Below, piece after piece: positions 1-14,255 of a stretch of 64,000 nt of DNA. Every line of letters starts with the position of its first letter. The first letter of the stretch is position 1. The translations under genes and the position numbers were made by a program. The notes beneath the pieces are model-generated. The model did no database searches. It was not told the DNA's origin and saw only the letters and a program-made list of their open reading frames with translations. The stretch lies in NCBI RefSeq assembly GCF_009914755.1, contig NC_060925.1. One strand, written 5' to 3'. The stretch is from the human T2T-CHM13v2.0 reference genome, Homo sapiens.

Positions 1-546
1 GGTAACACACTCAATTTTCTCCTAGAGAAAAGCACTTCCCCAAGATCCTTCTACAGAATGGTCTCATTACCAGAGTCACCTCAGTAGCCATTTGGAGTTC
101 CTGGAAACTGGCAAGTGTCTGAACTCAAAGAAGGACAAAATGTATTTCCTTCCAACCCTTGAAATTGAGGTTAGGAGTGGTTGCCTTCGTTTTCATATCC
201 ATGATTTTTATTTAGATATGACTCCCTGGAAGGATGGACTAAGTCATGGTAATTTATTCAAAAATTGAAACCAAATGCTCTTCCACTCAGTACTTGTGAT
301 TTGCATTGCTTTGAAACAGTATGAATATGCAGAACTAACAGTGTGTCTTTAAATTTCCCCCAATATTGAATCCCTACATTGCATGTAAAGTTTGTCCTTG
401 AATTCCGTTAGCCGAGGGCCCCCATCCAGCTCCCTTCCCTTGCACTCTCCTGCCCATCAGACACTATGTGCAGGTGCTATCAGGTAAGCTTTCATCAGCT
501 GAGCCTCTTGGGGTGATGGGTGACTTGGGATTCTTGAGAACAGGGA

Positions 547-1006
547 TGTGATGATTAATTTATGTGTAATTGCCTGGGCCAATTCAAACATTATTTTGAA
601 CAAACATAAGTTTCCGTGAGGATGTTTTTGGATGAGATTAACATTAAAATTAACAGACTTTAAGTAAAGAGGATTGCCTTCCCTAATGTTGGTGAGCCTC
701 CTTAATCAGTTGAAAGCTTAAATGGAACAAAATACCTCCCCTGAGCAAGAGGAAACTCTCTAGCAGACAGCCTTCGGGTTTCATCTGCGACATTAGCTCT
801 TCCTGGTTGTATAACAGACTGCCTATAACTCAAACTGCAACTCCTTCCTGAGTCTCCAGTCTGCCAGACTCCTCCATCAGATTTTGGACTTGCAACCTCC
901 ACAATTGTGTGAGCCAATTTTTTATAATAAGTCTCTTTCTGTCTTTCTATATATATGTACACACATCCTATTGGTTCTGTTTCTCTGGAGAACTCTGCCT
1001 AAAACA
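547..1006 (+). mobile_element. MLT2-family (ERVL) solo LTR
   Basis: Starts tgtgatgattaatttatgtgt, ends ctctggagaactctgcctaaaaca; near-TSD aggga/aagga. Confidence 0.8.
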
Positions 1007-2239
1007 AAGGACGAGTGTGTTGCCACTGCTGTAGTCTTCTCCCCCATTAGGGGAACTGGGAGGGTTCTTGTGTTTTCTGTCTTTTGTACATGTAGTCAGA
1101 AAAACATTGTTAAGCTCTCAGCTGTTCCCTAAGTAGCCCAATATTCCCCAGACCTCATCCCCCATGAAGGAAATTAACAGGAATAATAACATTCTCCTGA
1201 TTTGTGTCCCAAGCAGCACAAGGAAGGATCCTCAGCTCTAATATAAAATCTTGCCAGTGGTTCCTTGAGGTTCCTAGGGGTTCTCTCATGAGAACCCTCA
1301 AAAGTCATGTCATGCACCCCTTGTTAGCCCATGAGGCTCACAGCTGCCACTCCAGGAAGGACCCACCCTCAGGGAGGACACACTGCCCATGAAGAGCAGC
1401 ATCTCTGCTTCCCTGCAGTCTTCCCTGGGCTGGTTACCCAAGTCCCAAGCAGAAAGGACATGCCCTTTCCATGTTCTGGTCAGTGTGTGTTCTCCTGTAT
1501 TGTACAGAAGCCCCTGAAACTGCACCCTCAGCTTCTCCATGCAGCATCTCTCCATGACTGTGGAGTCCATGAGACCCAGCCTCTTTCCATCCCTTTCTCT
1601 TCCCCAAGCCCTGTCCACAATCATGGGCCACACAAGCTTCTTCCTCCCTTGCTAGATCACTCAGGCAAATAGATGCCTACAGATTCCCCCACTCTATACT
1701 CCTCAGATATGCCCAGAAAGGTCTGGACCCCAGGTGCAGGCACAGTGCAGACTGAGCCAGGATCTTCATTTAGCTGGGCATTGCATACATGTCCCAGTTG
1801 TCTCCCTAAGGAGTTTACAAGCACAGCGAGGCACCTACCTCTCCTAAGTACCAAACAGAGTGCTAGCACAGGCCTTCAGTTGTCCATCATTGAGTGCAGG
1901 AAGCTCTACTTGTGCCTAGAGAGACAGAAAGTCATTGGCATGAGAAATAGGCAGTAAAGGGAAGCACCATCTTAGCATTTCTGTATGAGCTCCACTTCAG
2001 AATACATGGAGCTTAACCTCTCAAAACCCAAATGCCTAACCAGCTTGTTGTATTCTTTTGCCTTTTGTACCTTGTGGAAGGGGTTGGATATAGCCAGAAG
2101 GAAGGAAATGGCACATAATCAGGGCTTCTTCCTAGCAGCCTAGTTTACCATAGTTGTGGGGGTGGAGACAGGTGGTTCCATGGCAGGGGAAATAGGAAGT
2201 TGATTTTTTCTCCCTGAATGCGTGTACTGCCCTCAAAGA

Positions 2240-2730
2240 CCAAAATTATCTTCTCAAAAGTACCATTCTAATTGTGTCCTTTCAGTGCCTAAAACTCTTC
2301 AATCACTTCCTGGGGCCTTAAGATAAAGACTCAAACCTTTAAAGTGACCTACCAGGCCCTGCATATCTGGCCCCTGCCTCTTTCTCCCTGGCCATCTCAT
2401 CCTGGGTGCCCTCTCCCCCAGACTTTCCTTCAGCTCCTTGAGTACGCTCTTGTGCCTTCTCCCCACAAGCCTTTATCCTCTTAGCCCAGCACTCCCTCCT
2501 GGGGAAGCTTTCCTTGATTTCCAAACCATCTCCCTGGTATATGCCCTTGCAGTACCATGTGGCTCTTTTTGTTCTTATCACAGCGTTAATGTAAAATTCA
2601 GTGAATATCTGCCTGCCCGGTTAGCTGGCAAGTTCCAAGAGACTGAGGACACGTCTCCATAGCCTCATTGTTTTCAGTTCCTAACCCAAGGTGGAGCACA
2701 AGGAGGCCTTCCATGAGCATCTGCAGATAA
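2240..2730 (+). mobile_element. L2 3' fragment
   Basis: Degenerate L2 motifs (aaaactcttcaatcacttcc...agataaagactcaaacc); boundaries approximate. Confidence 0.55.
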
Positions 2731-2739
2731 CAACACTGG

Positions 2740-2910
2740 AAAAGTTATTTAATGTCTTGCAACCTCAATTATGTTATCTTACTGATAAGATGGGGATGAT
2801 AATGTTATCTACCACATAGGAGCATTGTGAGGATGCAGGCTGATAATGTATAGAAAGTGCTCAGACCAGGGTCTGCCTCCTTAGAAAGCATGCAACAAAT
2901 GGCAGCCAAT
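2740..2910 (+). mobile_element. MIR fragment
   Basis: aagttatttaa...gcattgtgaggatg...gtatagaaagtgctcag core; boundaries approximate. Confidence 0.6.
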
Positions 2911-3017
2911 ATAATTCTATTTACTTGGGGGTAGAAGCAGTGGTAGCACTAGAGATAGCATTATGATACAGCCCTTGCAATATTTTACATCAACCAAACA
3001 CCTTTTGAGAGAGTTGG

Positions 3018-3455
3018 TGTTCTGGTTATCTGCTTAACAGACCACCACGGAACAGTGGTTTAAAATAATAATTAATATTTATTTTTGTTCATGTGTCTGG
3101 GGTTTGACTGGGCTCAGCTATGCAGATTTTGCAGACAGATGGTGGTGTCTGCATTCATGTGTCTGGGGCTTCTCAGGATCTCTGTCTCTCTGGTCTCCCC
3201 ACGTGGTGGCTTCGGGGTAGTTGAACCTTCTCACATGCTAATTGGACTGAAGATTCCCAGAGCAAATGTCTCAGAAGATCAGCTGAAGCTGCAGGGCCTT
3301 TCCTGAGCTAGCATTGGAGATGATAGCATCACTCTGCTACATTCTATTTGTCAAGGCAGACACAGGTTCTGCCCAGACTCAAGGGAAGGGGACATAGACT
3401 CCACAGCTTCATGACAAGATGGCCAAAGAACATGCAGACACGTTTTGAAACTTCC
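3018..3455 (-). mobile_element. Old MLT1-type MaLR LTR
   Basis: cagtggtttaaaataa...ctgggctcagct...ctctgctacattctatt pattern typical of MLT1 in reverse. Confidence 0.55.
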
Positions 3456-4143
3456 ATGGATGTGGCAGGTGTGTAATGGCCAGATAATGGGACCACAGTC
3501 TCTTGGCATTTCAATGATGTTTCTGGATTAAACCCCTAAATATGAATTTACAATTTTATAAGTCTCATACATAAGCCATAAAAATCAATCTTACCAGTCA
3601 ATAATTCACAATCTTCATTAGACTTTAAATTGGCAAGACTTCCACTGTCAAGTCTTGGGCCTCAGTGGGACCATTTCCTTAGATACAAGAAAGAAACACA
3701 ACTTGCCTTTTAGCACATTTCTGTGTCTGTGAAGTGGGTTATTTTCCATCACGGGCAATTAGGTTTTGTTGCTTTTTTCCTTAAATGAAAAGTATCCCAA
3801 AGCATTCAAAACTATTGCACAAATAAGTGAGCTTGTAAACACAGGGCTGGAGAGAGCTTTGGAAACACCTGTTAGGTGCATGGTTGTAATGTTATGCTGA
3901 GAGCCAAGGATGGAGGCACCAGCAGGTGGTTTGTGGCTAGTTATCTCCTGGTGGCCTGATCTCAAGGGACTTGGCTCAGCCTGCTTTAGGACCATATTGC
4001 TCATCTGGCTTCTCAGAATCCAGGCATGAGGTTCTATACAAGACACTCAGTAACGTTTAAAAACTACGCAGATGGAAGCAGTTTATTACTTTCCTTCCGT
4101 AGCTCCTGATTACAAAAGAAAGCCAAGCAAGGAATTCTTTAGT

Positions 4144-5203
4144 TACTGGGGGAAATTCAGCCCCTGATATTTCAACGTGGGTACTTTTCTATTTTCCCTA
4201 AATGTCGGCCAGTCTGAGAAATAAAGGGAAAGAGTACAAAAGAGAGAAATAAAGCTGGGTGTCCGGGGCAGACATCACATGTTGGTAGGTTCTGTGATGC
4301 CCCATAAGCTGTAAAACCAACAAGTTTTTATTAGTGATTTTCAAAAGGGGAGGGAGTGTACGAATAGGGTGTGGGTCACAGAGATCACATACTTCACAAG
4401 GTAATAAAATATCACAAGGCAAATGGAGGCAGGGTGAGATCACAGGACCGGGGTGAAATTAAAATTGCTAATGAAGTTTCAGGCACGCATTGTCATTGAT
4501 AACATCTTATCAGGAGACAGAGTTTGAGAGCAGACAACCAGTCTGACCAAAATTTATTAGGCGGGAATTTCCTCGTCCTAATAAGCCTAGGAGTGCTACT
4601 GGAGACCGGGGCTTATTTCATCCCTTATCGACACCCATAAAAGACAGACGTTCCCAAAGCGGCCATTTTAGAGACCTCTCATTGGGAACACATTCTCTTT
4701 CTCAGGGATGTTCCTTGCTGAGAAAAAGAATTCAGCAATATTTCTCCTATTTGCTTTTGAAAGAAGAGAAATATGGCTCTGTTCTGCCCAGCTCTCAGGC
4801 AGCCAGACCTAATGATTATCTCCCTTGTTCCCTGAACATCGCTGTTATCCTGTTCTTTTTTCAAGGTGCCCAGATTTCATATTGTTTAAACAATTTGTGC
4901 AGTTAACACAATCATCACAGGGTCCTGAGGTGACATTCATCCTCAGCTTATGAAGATGACATGATTAAGAGATTAAAGTAAAGACACGTATAGGAAATCA
5001 CAAGAGTATTGATTGGGGAAGTGATAAGTGTCCACAAAATCTTCACAATTTATGTTCAGAGATTGCAGTAAAGACCGGCATGAGAAATTATAAAAGTATT
5101 AATTTGGGGAACTAATAAATGTCCATGAAATCTTCACAATTTATATTCTTCCGCCATGGCTTCAGCTGGTCCCTCTGTTCAGGGTCCCTGACTTCCCACA
5201 ACA
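4144..5203 (-). mobile_element. MER11 solo LTR (HERV-K11/HML-8)
   Basis: Minus strand starts tgttgtgggaagtcagggaccctgaacagagggacc; ~1.06 kb; near-TSD tttagt/tttatt; typical internal repeat aaatcttcacaattta. Confidence 0.9.
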
Positions 5204-5590
5204 TTTATTCTACTCCTTCAAGCCAAAAATAATAGGCCCTAGTTCATTCCACATCAATCTCTGGCCACATGAGTAGGATTCCTGGAACAGGCATGAGCAA
5301 AAGTAGACACTGACTCCCTTACTAAAAGTGCCAAGGAGGAGCAGAGCATTAGATGGAAACCTAGAAAGAGGTTGAAGTCTTGGTCAGGAGGGAAGGCCCA
5401 TGAAAGGTCTTCCATTTGAAACACAGCTCCCCTGATACAGATGAACCAGGTGTGTGGTTGAATGCAGCAAGGTCAGTGAGTGAGCTGCTTTAGTTTTGAC
5501 CCTGATCCACAGTTGCTAACTAAATAATAATTTGAGCCATTATTATATTTTTAGGATAAAATCTGTATCACTTATTCCTATCTAACGTAC

Positions 5591-5882
5591 TTTTTTTTTT
5601 TTATACAGAGTCTCACTCTGTTGCCCAGACTGGAGTGCAGTGGTGCGATTTCACCTCACCCAGCCTCTGCCTCCCAGGTTCAAGTGATTCTCGTCCCTCA
5701 GCCTCCTGAGTAGCTGGGATTACAGGCATGCACCACCATGACTGGATAATTTTTATATTTTTAGTAGAGATAGGGTTTTGCCATGTTGGCCAGGCTGGTA
5801 TCGATCTCCTGGCCTCAAGTGATCTGCCCACCTCAGCCTCCCAAAGTGCTGGGATAACAGGTGTGAGCCACTGCGCCTGGCC
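5591..5882 (-). mobile_element. Alu (S-type)
   Basis: Alu consensus with T tail; TSD cctatctaac(g/a)tacttt. Confidence 0.95.
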
Positions 5883-6802
5883 CCTATCTAACATACTTTG
5901 AATGACATTGTCAAAATATGACACTGTTGAAATCGCTATTTCTCCTTCAGCACCACAGAGCTTTCTTTTAGGGGGCAAATCACTTCTTAGGGATGCTTTC
6001 TCCGTGTGCCTTTATTATATGTTGTTCACCTAGGGCTTTTGACTTAGCCTCCCTGATTGATAGGTGGTGTTGATTTCAGGATTTTCTTGCCTCCTAGGAT
6101 ATTAAAGGAGTAGTTTTTCTAAAAGGGCTTTTCCTTATTAAATTATGATTACAATGACTTGCAGGACTTAATAGAATGGCTAAATTGAAAACTCTACTTT
6201 TCTGTTTTCTTCTAAACTCTCTCCAGGTAAGACATGTAAGTTTGGAAAGAGACAAGTTCAAAACTATTCATCTGTATTCTGAGGTACAATAATGAATTTA
6301 AAGAAACTTATATCTTTACATGGGATAGAGGAGAGTATTCCTAAGAAATCTAAAAACTCTCTTAGGAATGCATAAAAGTGCTGATTAAATTCAATTAAAC
6401 AAATGCTGTCTATTGTCTAAATCTATAGTGTATTATGCTAGGCCTTGTGAGGGCAACAAAAAAATTAAATGGCCCTGTCTACTGGGTGCTCATAGTTTTA
6501 TTGGAGAGATCACCAAGGGAACACACAGCATTAAATGATCATCCAAGGCACCTTGAATGAGTCATTTAACCCACCTGACTGAAGCAGGTACCTAGCAGTG
6601 CTCTAGGCAGTAGTTAAGGGTGCATATCAACATCACTCACCAGTGGAGCCTTTGCTAATACACATGCTGGATCTTAGAAGATTTTAAAAACTTCTTATTT
6701 TAAATTAATTTTAGACTTTAAAAAGATTGCAAACATAACATATAGAGTTTCTGCATATTGTTCACTCAGCTTTCCCCAAATAAGATCCCATTGCACACTT
6801 AT

Positions 6803-9098
6803 ATATATTTTTTATTTCAATAGATTTGGGGGTATGAGTGGTTTTCGGTTACATGGATGAGTTCTTTAGTAGTGAATTCTGAGATTTTGGTGCACTTTTC
6901 ACTGGAGCAGTGTGCACTGGATCCAATATATTGTCTTTTATCCATCATCTCTTTCCCAACCTCCCCCAACCAAGTTGCCACAGTCCATGACATCACTCTG
7001 TATGTTTTTGCATCCTCATAGCTTAGCTCCCACTTATACATGAGAACATATGGTATTTGGTTTTTCATTCCTGAGTTACTGAGAATAATGACTTCCGGTT
7101 CCATCCAAGTTGCTGCAAAAGACATTATTTCATTCCTTTTTATGGCTGAGTAGTATTCCGTAGTGCATACATACATTTTCTTTATCCACTCATTTGGGTC
7201 AATGGGCACTTAGATTGGTTCCATATCCTTGCAACTGTGAATTGTCCTGCTATAAACGTGCATGTGCATGTGTCTTTTTCATATAATGACTCTTTTCCTT
7301 TGGGTAGATACCCAGTAGTGGGATTGCTGGATCGAATGGTAGATCTACCTTTAGTTCTTTAAGGAATCTCCACACTATTTTCCATACTGGTTGTACTAAC
7401 TTACATTCCCAGCAACAGTATAAAAATGTTCCCCTTTTACCATATCCACAACAACATCTATTTTTTGACTTTTTAATTATGGCCATTCTTGCAGGAGCAA
7501 GGTAGTATTTCATTGTGGTTTTAATTTGCATTTCCCTGATGATTGGTGATGTTGAGCATTTTTTCATATGTTTGTTAGCTGTTTGTGTATCTTCTTTTGA
7601 GAAATGTCTATTCATGTCCTTTGCCCACTTTTTGATGGGATTATTTGTTTTTTCTTGCTGACTTGTTTGAGTTCCTTATAGATTCCAGATACTAGTCCTT
7701 TGTTGGATACATAGTTTGTGAATATTTTCTCCCAATCTCTGGATTGTCTATTTACTCTGCTGATTATTTCTTTTGCTGTGCAGAAGCTTTTTAGTTTAAT
7801 TAGGTCCCATTTATTTACTTTTGGTTTTGTTGCATTTGCTTTTGGGGTCTTAGTCATGAATTCCTTGCCTAAGCCGGGTGTCTGGAAGTTTTTCTGACAT
7901 TATCTTCTAGAACTTTTATGGTTACAAGTCTCAGATTTAAGTCTTTGATCTATCTTGAGTTGATTTTTGTATAAGGTGAGAGAGGTGGATCCAGTTTCAT
8001 TCTTCTACATGTGTCTTGCCAGTTTTCCCAGCACTATTTATTGAATAGAGGGTCTGTTCCCCAATTTGTGTTTTTGTATGCTTTGTTGAAGATCAGTTGG
8101 CTGTATTTGGCTTTATTTCTGGGTTGTCTATTCTGTTCCATTGGTCTAAGTGCCTATTTTGATACCAGTACTGTGCTGTTTTAGTAACTGTAGCCTCGTA
8201 GTACAGTTTGAAGTCAGGTAATGGGATGCCTCCAGATTTGTTCTTTTTGCTTAGTATTGCTTTGGCTATGCAGGTTCTTTTTGGTCCATATGAGTTTTCA
8301 GATTGTTTTTTCTAGTACTATGAAAAATGATGATGGTATTTTTATGGGAATTGCATTAGATCTGTAGATTGCTTTGGGCAGTATGGTCAGTTTCACAATA
8401 TTTGTTCTTCCTATCCATGAGCATGGTATGTTTGTTTTTCCATTTGTTTGTGTCATCTATGATTTCTTTCAGCAGTGGGTTGTAGTTTTCCTCGTAGATA
8501 AGTTTCACCTCCTTGGTTAGTATATTCCTAGGTATTTTATTTATTTATTTATTTATTTATGCAGCTGTCATAAAAGGGATGAAGTTCTTGATTTGATTCT
8601 CAGCTTGGTCATTGTTGATGTATAGCTGTGCAACTATTTGTGTGCATTGATTTTGTAACTTGAGACTTTACTGAATTCACTTATCACATCTGGAAGGCTT
8701 TTGGATGAGTGTTTAGAGTTTTCTAGGTGTATGATCATATCATTGGCAAACAGCAAAGTTTGACTTGCTCTTTTCCAATTTGGATGCCCTTTATTTCTTT
8801 CTCTTGCCTGATTGCTCTGGCTAGGACTTTTGGTACTATGTTGAATAGAAGTGGTGAAAGTGGGCATCCTTGTCTTATTCCAGTTATCAGGGGGAATGCT
8901 TTTAACTTTTCCCCATTCAGTATTATGTTGGCTGTGGGTTTGTCATAGATGGCTGTTATTACTTTGAGATAAGTTCCTTCTATGCCTATTTTGTTGAGGG
9001 CTTTTATCACAAAGCATTGCTGGATTTTATCAAATGCTTTTTCTGCATCTATCGAGATGATCATATGGTTTTTGTTTTTAATTCTGTTTATTCTGTTT
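6803..9098 (-). mobile_element. 5'-truncated L1 (L1PB1-like), ORF2 3' part plus 3'UTR, inserted in an older L1M remnant
   Basis: ORF2 fragments ([15 protein letters not shown]...[14 protein letters not shown]; [14 protein letters not shown]; CWECKLVQP); TSD attgcaca(c/t)ttat at 6790-6802 and 9099-9111. Confidence 0.92.
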
Positions 9099-9271
9099 AT
9101 TGCACATTTATTGAAATGAGGAGATTAACATTGACATAATACTATTAATATATAGACTTTATTTAAATTTTTGCAAGTTAGCCCATAAATGTCCTCTTTT
9201 TTTTTTTTTTTTTTGGTCTAAGAACTTATAATGCATTAAGTTATGTCTCCTTAGTTTCCTCTAATCGGTGT

Positions 9272-9628
9272 TGATATGGTTTGGCTCTGTGTCCCCACTC
9301 AAATCTTACCTTGAATTGTAATAACCCCCATGTTAAGGAATGATGGGACCAGGTGGAGATAATTGAATGATGGGGGCAGTTTCCCCCACACTGTTCTCTT
9401 GACAGTGAATGAGTTCTCACAGATCTGATGGTTTTATAAGGGGCTTCCCCCTTAGCTTGGCACTCATTCTCTCTTCTGCTGCCCTGTGAAGAGGTGCATT
9501 CTGCCATGATTGTAAGTTTCCTGAGGGCTCCATAGTCCTGTACAACTGTTAATCAATTAAACCTCTTTTCTTTATAAATTACCCAGTCTTGGGTATTTCT
9601 TCATAGTGGCTGAGAATGGACTAATACA
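9272..9628 (+). mobile_element. THE1 (THE1C-like) solo LTR
   Basis: tgatatggtttggctctgtgtcccc ... gactaataca; near-TSD ggtgt/tgtgt. Confidence 0.9.
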
Positions 9629-9799
9629 TGTGTCCTAAGACATTCTTATTTAATAGGTTTGCGGTGAGTCCTAGGAAGTTCTATTTTTCAAAAGCTTCAC
9701 AAATGCATGCTCCCCAGTAGAAAATCTCTGCTCTGGCATATAAAGATAAATAATACTAATATTAGTACTACTAACTTTGCTACTTCTAATAATATTTAA

Positions 9800-10030
9800 A
9801 ATTTATTAAGTGATTTTTGGGTGCCAGACACTGTTTAATTTGTGTTGTATTTTCTACCCACTTAAATCTCACTACAACCCTTAAGTTAGGCACTATTATA
9901 CAAGTTTTTCAGAAGAGGAAACAGAAAACTTTAAGTAACTTGTCCCAGGTTACATAGTTGCTTAGTGTTAGAGCTGGGACTTGAGCACAACCAATCTGGC
10001 TCGGAAGTCATACAAGATCTTAACTGCTGC
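9800..10030 (-). mobile_element. MIR
   Basis: gaggaaacagaa...taagtaacttgtcccaggttaca...gagctgggacttga core. Confidence 0.7.
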
Positions 10031-10187
10031 AGTGCATACTTTCGCTGGTGGGCAATGGTCTTTTCTAGATAGCAAACCTCAAAGGTCTATAGTGTGATAA
10101 ACAAGATATGAAAGATAAATAATTATAGCCCTGCTGTGACAGAATTATATTCACAAAGGAGCTCATGTCTCTGCCCTAGAGAAACTA

Positions 10188-10567
10188 CAAATGCTCCTCG
10201 ACTTATGATGGAGCTTACATTTCTTGACTTACAGTCTGATAACCCATTATAAGTTAAAAATACTATAAGTAAAACATGTATTTAGTATACCTAGCCTACT
10301 GAACATCATAGTTTAGCCTAGCCTACCTTAGATGTGATCAGAACACTTTTATTAGCATATAGATGGGCAAAATCATCTAAAACAAAGCCTGTTTTATAAT
10401 AAAGCATTGAATATCTAGTGTAATTTATTGAATACTATACTGAAAGTGAAAAACAGAATGATTATATGGGCACTGAAAGTATGGTTTCTACCAAATGTGT
10501 ATTGCTTTTGCACCATCATATAATTGAAAAATTGCAAGTCAAACCATCGTTAGTCAAGGATTGTCTA
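10188..10567 (+). mobile_element. MER47A (Tigger-derived MITE)
   Basis: caaatgctcctcgacttatgatgg ... aaccatcgttagtcaaggattgtct, TA-flanked. Confidence 0.85.
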
Positions 10568-11181
10568 TAGTAAAAGCTTCCCAGAACAGACAACTGAGCT
10601 CATCATCTTCAGATGAGGTGTTTGCCTCATAAGAGAGTAAGGCAATGGGAGAAGGACCTCCCAGGAGAAGAAAACTGCATAAAAGTGTGGAAGGGAGGGA
10701 AAGCAACCATGTGCCCCACAAGGTTGGCCACAAGTAGGGCCCAGGGGTGGTGGAAGAGAAACAGGGGATGAGTCCAGAGAGGCAGGCATGACTGTTGGAT
10801 AGATATGAAAGGGCCTTGAATGCCATGTGAGGAGCTTGGGCTGAACCCTGCAGGGGAAAGATCTGAAGCAGGGGAGTTTTATAAAGGTCTCTCTGTCCAC
10901 AGAATGGAAGACAGATCTGAGGGGTGGGCCTGAAAAATCCTATTTGCCTGGATTACGTGCCTAAATGTGAGTGATAGATACATCGTAGTACCAGAGGAGG
11001 CCAGAAATGAAAACCACTCAGTCTGAAATGGACACTGATTATAGTTGTCTGCAGGGAGGAGGAGAAGAGAGAAGGAACCAACTTCACATTAAGCCAGAAC
11101 TCTGAATATAACGCCCGCACAGAAACCTGATGGGAAGTGCATTAGCTTTTTCATAAGGTAGCTGTTAGCTCTGTCACATGG

Positions 11182-11628
11182 TGTCCTGGTTTGGGTTACC
11201 TCAGAAGTAGACCCAGAGACAAGGACTCCAAGGCAAATGGTTTATTTAAGAGGGGCAGGAGGCACCAGGAGGAAAGAGTGGGTGATGGCACAGGGAAGAG
11301 AAGACAGCCCAGAGATAGTACATTATCAGACCAGCTACCTTTGTGGGTGCCTGGAACTTAATCGCAAGAGAACATTGGATAATTATGTAAGACATATTCC
11401 TCAGATTATCCCACCTAAGGGGTGAGGGACTTGGGGTATGTATACACCAGCTCCTGTTGGTTGTTGATTGAGAGCTGCTCCAGGGAAATGGACCACTCCT
11501 TCCCCAGGTCTCTTGGGCCACAGAGAAAGCCTTCAGGCAGAGAGATGCACATGTCTGTACTTAGAAGTTGGCAGGAGTTCCCCCAAATGGTAGATGCCCA
11601 AAGAAATGTTAAGGATCTGCTAACCACA
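11182..11628 (-). mobile_element. Old ERVL LTR (LTR16-like)
   Basis: tgtcctggtttgggttacctcagaagtagacccagagacaagga...tttatt pattern. Confidence 0.5.
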
Positions 11629-11879
11629 GGATGGCTAATCTAGCAAATATGCTGTGTTGAGTGAAATAAGATTTAAGAATATGGATCTAAAATATTTAGA
11701 AATTCCATATTAAAATGACCTATTTTAATAATTCTACTTGTAAAAGTTTAACTTGTTAGTCACAGATTGTCATACAAGGTGTACAGGGCTGGCTTGCAGG
11801 GTAATCCCTACAAAAACTTTTATAAGTTTTTGTATAAGACCTGAACAAAGGCGAAGATGGGCTCTGAGAGATGTAATGT

Positions 11880-13240
11880 GATAAGAATCACCAGAATGGG
11901 GCAATCTGGTATATCCAGACAGAACTTTTAGATGAGAGGATCTGAGAAGGTCTCATGAAGGACGTGGAATTTGGCCCAGGATCTAGGATGGTTAGGATTC
12001 TAAGAGGCAAGGGTGGAATCCAGACTGCAACAGCCCAAGTGATGGGAATGAGGTCAAGTGGTGAAGGAGTCTTCAGTTTGTTAGGAGAAAGGGTCTGGTG
12101 TAGGAAAACTGGGAGATAAACCTAGAAAGGTCAGGGCGAGACTAGGGAAGACTCTCAAATGCCAGATTAAGGTCTTGGGACTTATGTGGCAGGCAATCGA
12201 GAATCGCCTAAAGCTGAGAAAGAGAGGTATGCACGTGGAACAGTACTGTTGGAACACTAAGCTGGTGGCTTTTTAATCAGATAAATTTGAGGGTAGAGAT
12301 GAAGGCCAGAACACCTTATTAGGTTATTAAAAATGCTCAGGTCATAAGAAAGTAGAGTATGGAAGTAGCAGTCGAGGGGAATGCAATGAAAAACAGATGC
12401 GTGGGGCTTATAAAATAAAAATCAACAGGAAAGGGGTTTGCTTTGGTGGGGGAAGTGGTACTATCAGTGTCAAAAACGGACGGCATCATTAGCAAAATAG
12501 AGAAGTCAGAAGAAGGGACAGATTTGGAGGGGAAGCAGATGAGTTTGGAGTGGTAAATGTTGAATTGAAGCCTCGTGTCAAATGCTTTGCTAGATGCTTT
12601 GGCAATTTCAAAGCTGAAACATAGACATATACTCTGTCTGGAAGAAACTCCTAGTCTAATAAGAAAATTAATACCTGTTCTTAAATTACTATAACACAAG
12701 GTAGAAAAGCTAATTGTGAGTAACTAGAGAGGTACAGATGATAAAGATTCCACGGGAGGGAGGGAGAGGGAAGGGAGGGATCCTTCAGCTGCAGGGATTT
12801 GGGAAGGCTGCCTGGAAGCATTTTATAGGTAGGATTTGAACAGGTCAAGAGAATAGTGCTTCTAGGCTGAGAGAACATCAGGAACCAAGGTATAATGATT
12901 TTTTTTAAGTGAGCTCTGTTAGGAGATCTCAGTGGTTCATTTTGGAGGAGTGTGCATGAAAAGAAACAACAGGAGATGAAGTTGGAACACAGTTTGGGGC
13001 CAGATGTCAAGGGTCTCTACTGCTGGATGAATGAATGTAAGTTTTAATTTATAGCTACTGAAGACTCTTGAACCGGGAACCATCCCTATCAGAGCATGGA
13101 CTGGAGAGGGGACACCAAAAGCCCAGGCAGGTGATTGCATGAGGCATGAGATAATAAGGCCTCTAGCAGGATGGAGACAGTAGAAATTGGGAACAGGATC
13201 TATTTCAGGAAGATTAATGAGCAGGTGTGTTCAATAAGAT
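11880..13240 (-). mobile_element. Cluster of L2 fragments
   Basis: Purine-rich L2 motifs (gatgagtttggagtggtaaatgttgaattgaag; gccagattaaggtcttggga); boundaries approximate. Confidence 0.55.
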
Positions 13241-13999
13241 GAGTTAGCAAGCCAGAGTATATCTGCATGAGATAAACAGCCCACTTCCAATTTCATGGTG
13301 TGCCTTCGAAGCACACAGCAGAACTTTGGCTTTACTTTTGAGGCAAATTCACTGGGGTTGGCCAATCTTGAGTATGTCTTGTAGGTTAGTTAGTTTAGGT
13401 TTCCTTGCTTTCCAAAGTTTTCATTTTTACAAACATAGCCATGGACTATGCTGAATCACTGCTTCATTCTCAGTGGGAAGCTTTAGACAGATCCAAGAGC
13501 ACCATTGGTTGAAGTGCACTGACATGCATTCGATCAGTAATTCTGCAAGTAGTTTTATCAAGTGTTTACTGTGATATAACAAAAGTTTGCTGCAAATGAC
13601 CTTGAAGAGAATTGGAGCACTGCCCATATCAAGCATGAACAGATGGAAATTTGTGTGCAGACAGCAAGAGAAAAATTTGTTTTGAAAGCTCTTGAAAAAT
13701 CATGTCACCTACAATGTCAGAACAAGCATCAGTGTAAGATCATGCTCTGTGCTTGCATAAAAAATAAGAATCTTATATTATTCCTGACAAACTGTTTTTT
13801 TAAGAAAGCATATAAATGTGTGTTGGTTTTCCTATAAATTATTGATAATTTTTGTTTTAATTTTGAACATGTAAGTCAAAGAGCAGGACATTTGAAGTTT
13901 GCAATTTGAGGTTGACCTAAGTACCCTTATGATAATATAAAATGTAGATAAATAAAATATCTTGATCAGGAGAGCATACAACATCATCACAAGAATCCC

Positions 14000-14220
14000 T
14001 ATGGCTGACTGTATTTTCCCTAAATTGAACAGCAATATTTCTGCTTCTACATGTGCTCCCAGAAATTGCCAGTCCCCCATGAAGAGATGGAATCTATTTT
14101 TCCTCCTCTTGAAACTGGGGCTAGGGGAACATTGCAATTGCCTCAATCAGTAGAATGTAGTGGATGTGACACTGTGGGACTTCTAAAGCTAGGTCATAAA
14201 ACGTGATATGACTTCCATTT

Positions 14221-14255
<35 letters not shown>

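Noticed and set aside
4980-5150. Internal direct repeat in the 4144-5203 element
   Set aside because: Normal feature of MER11 LTRs
6817-9064. L1 ORF2 fragments as an active retrotransposon
   Set aside because: 5'-truncated with multiple stops and frameshifts
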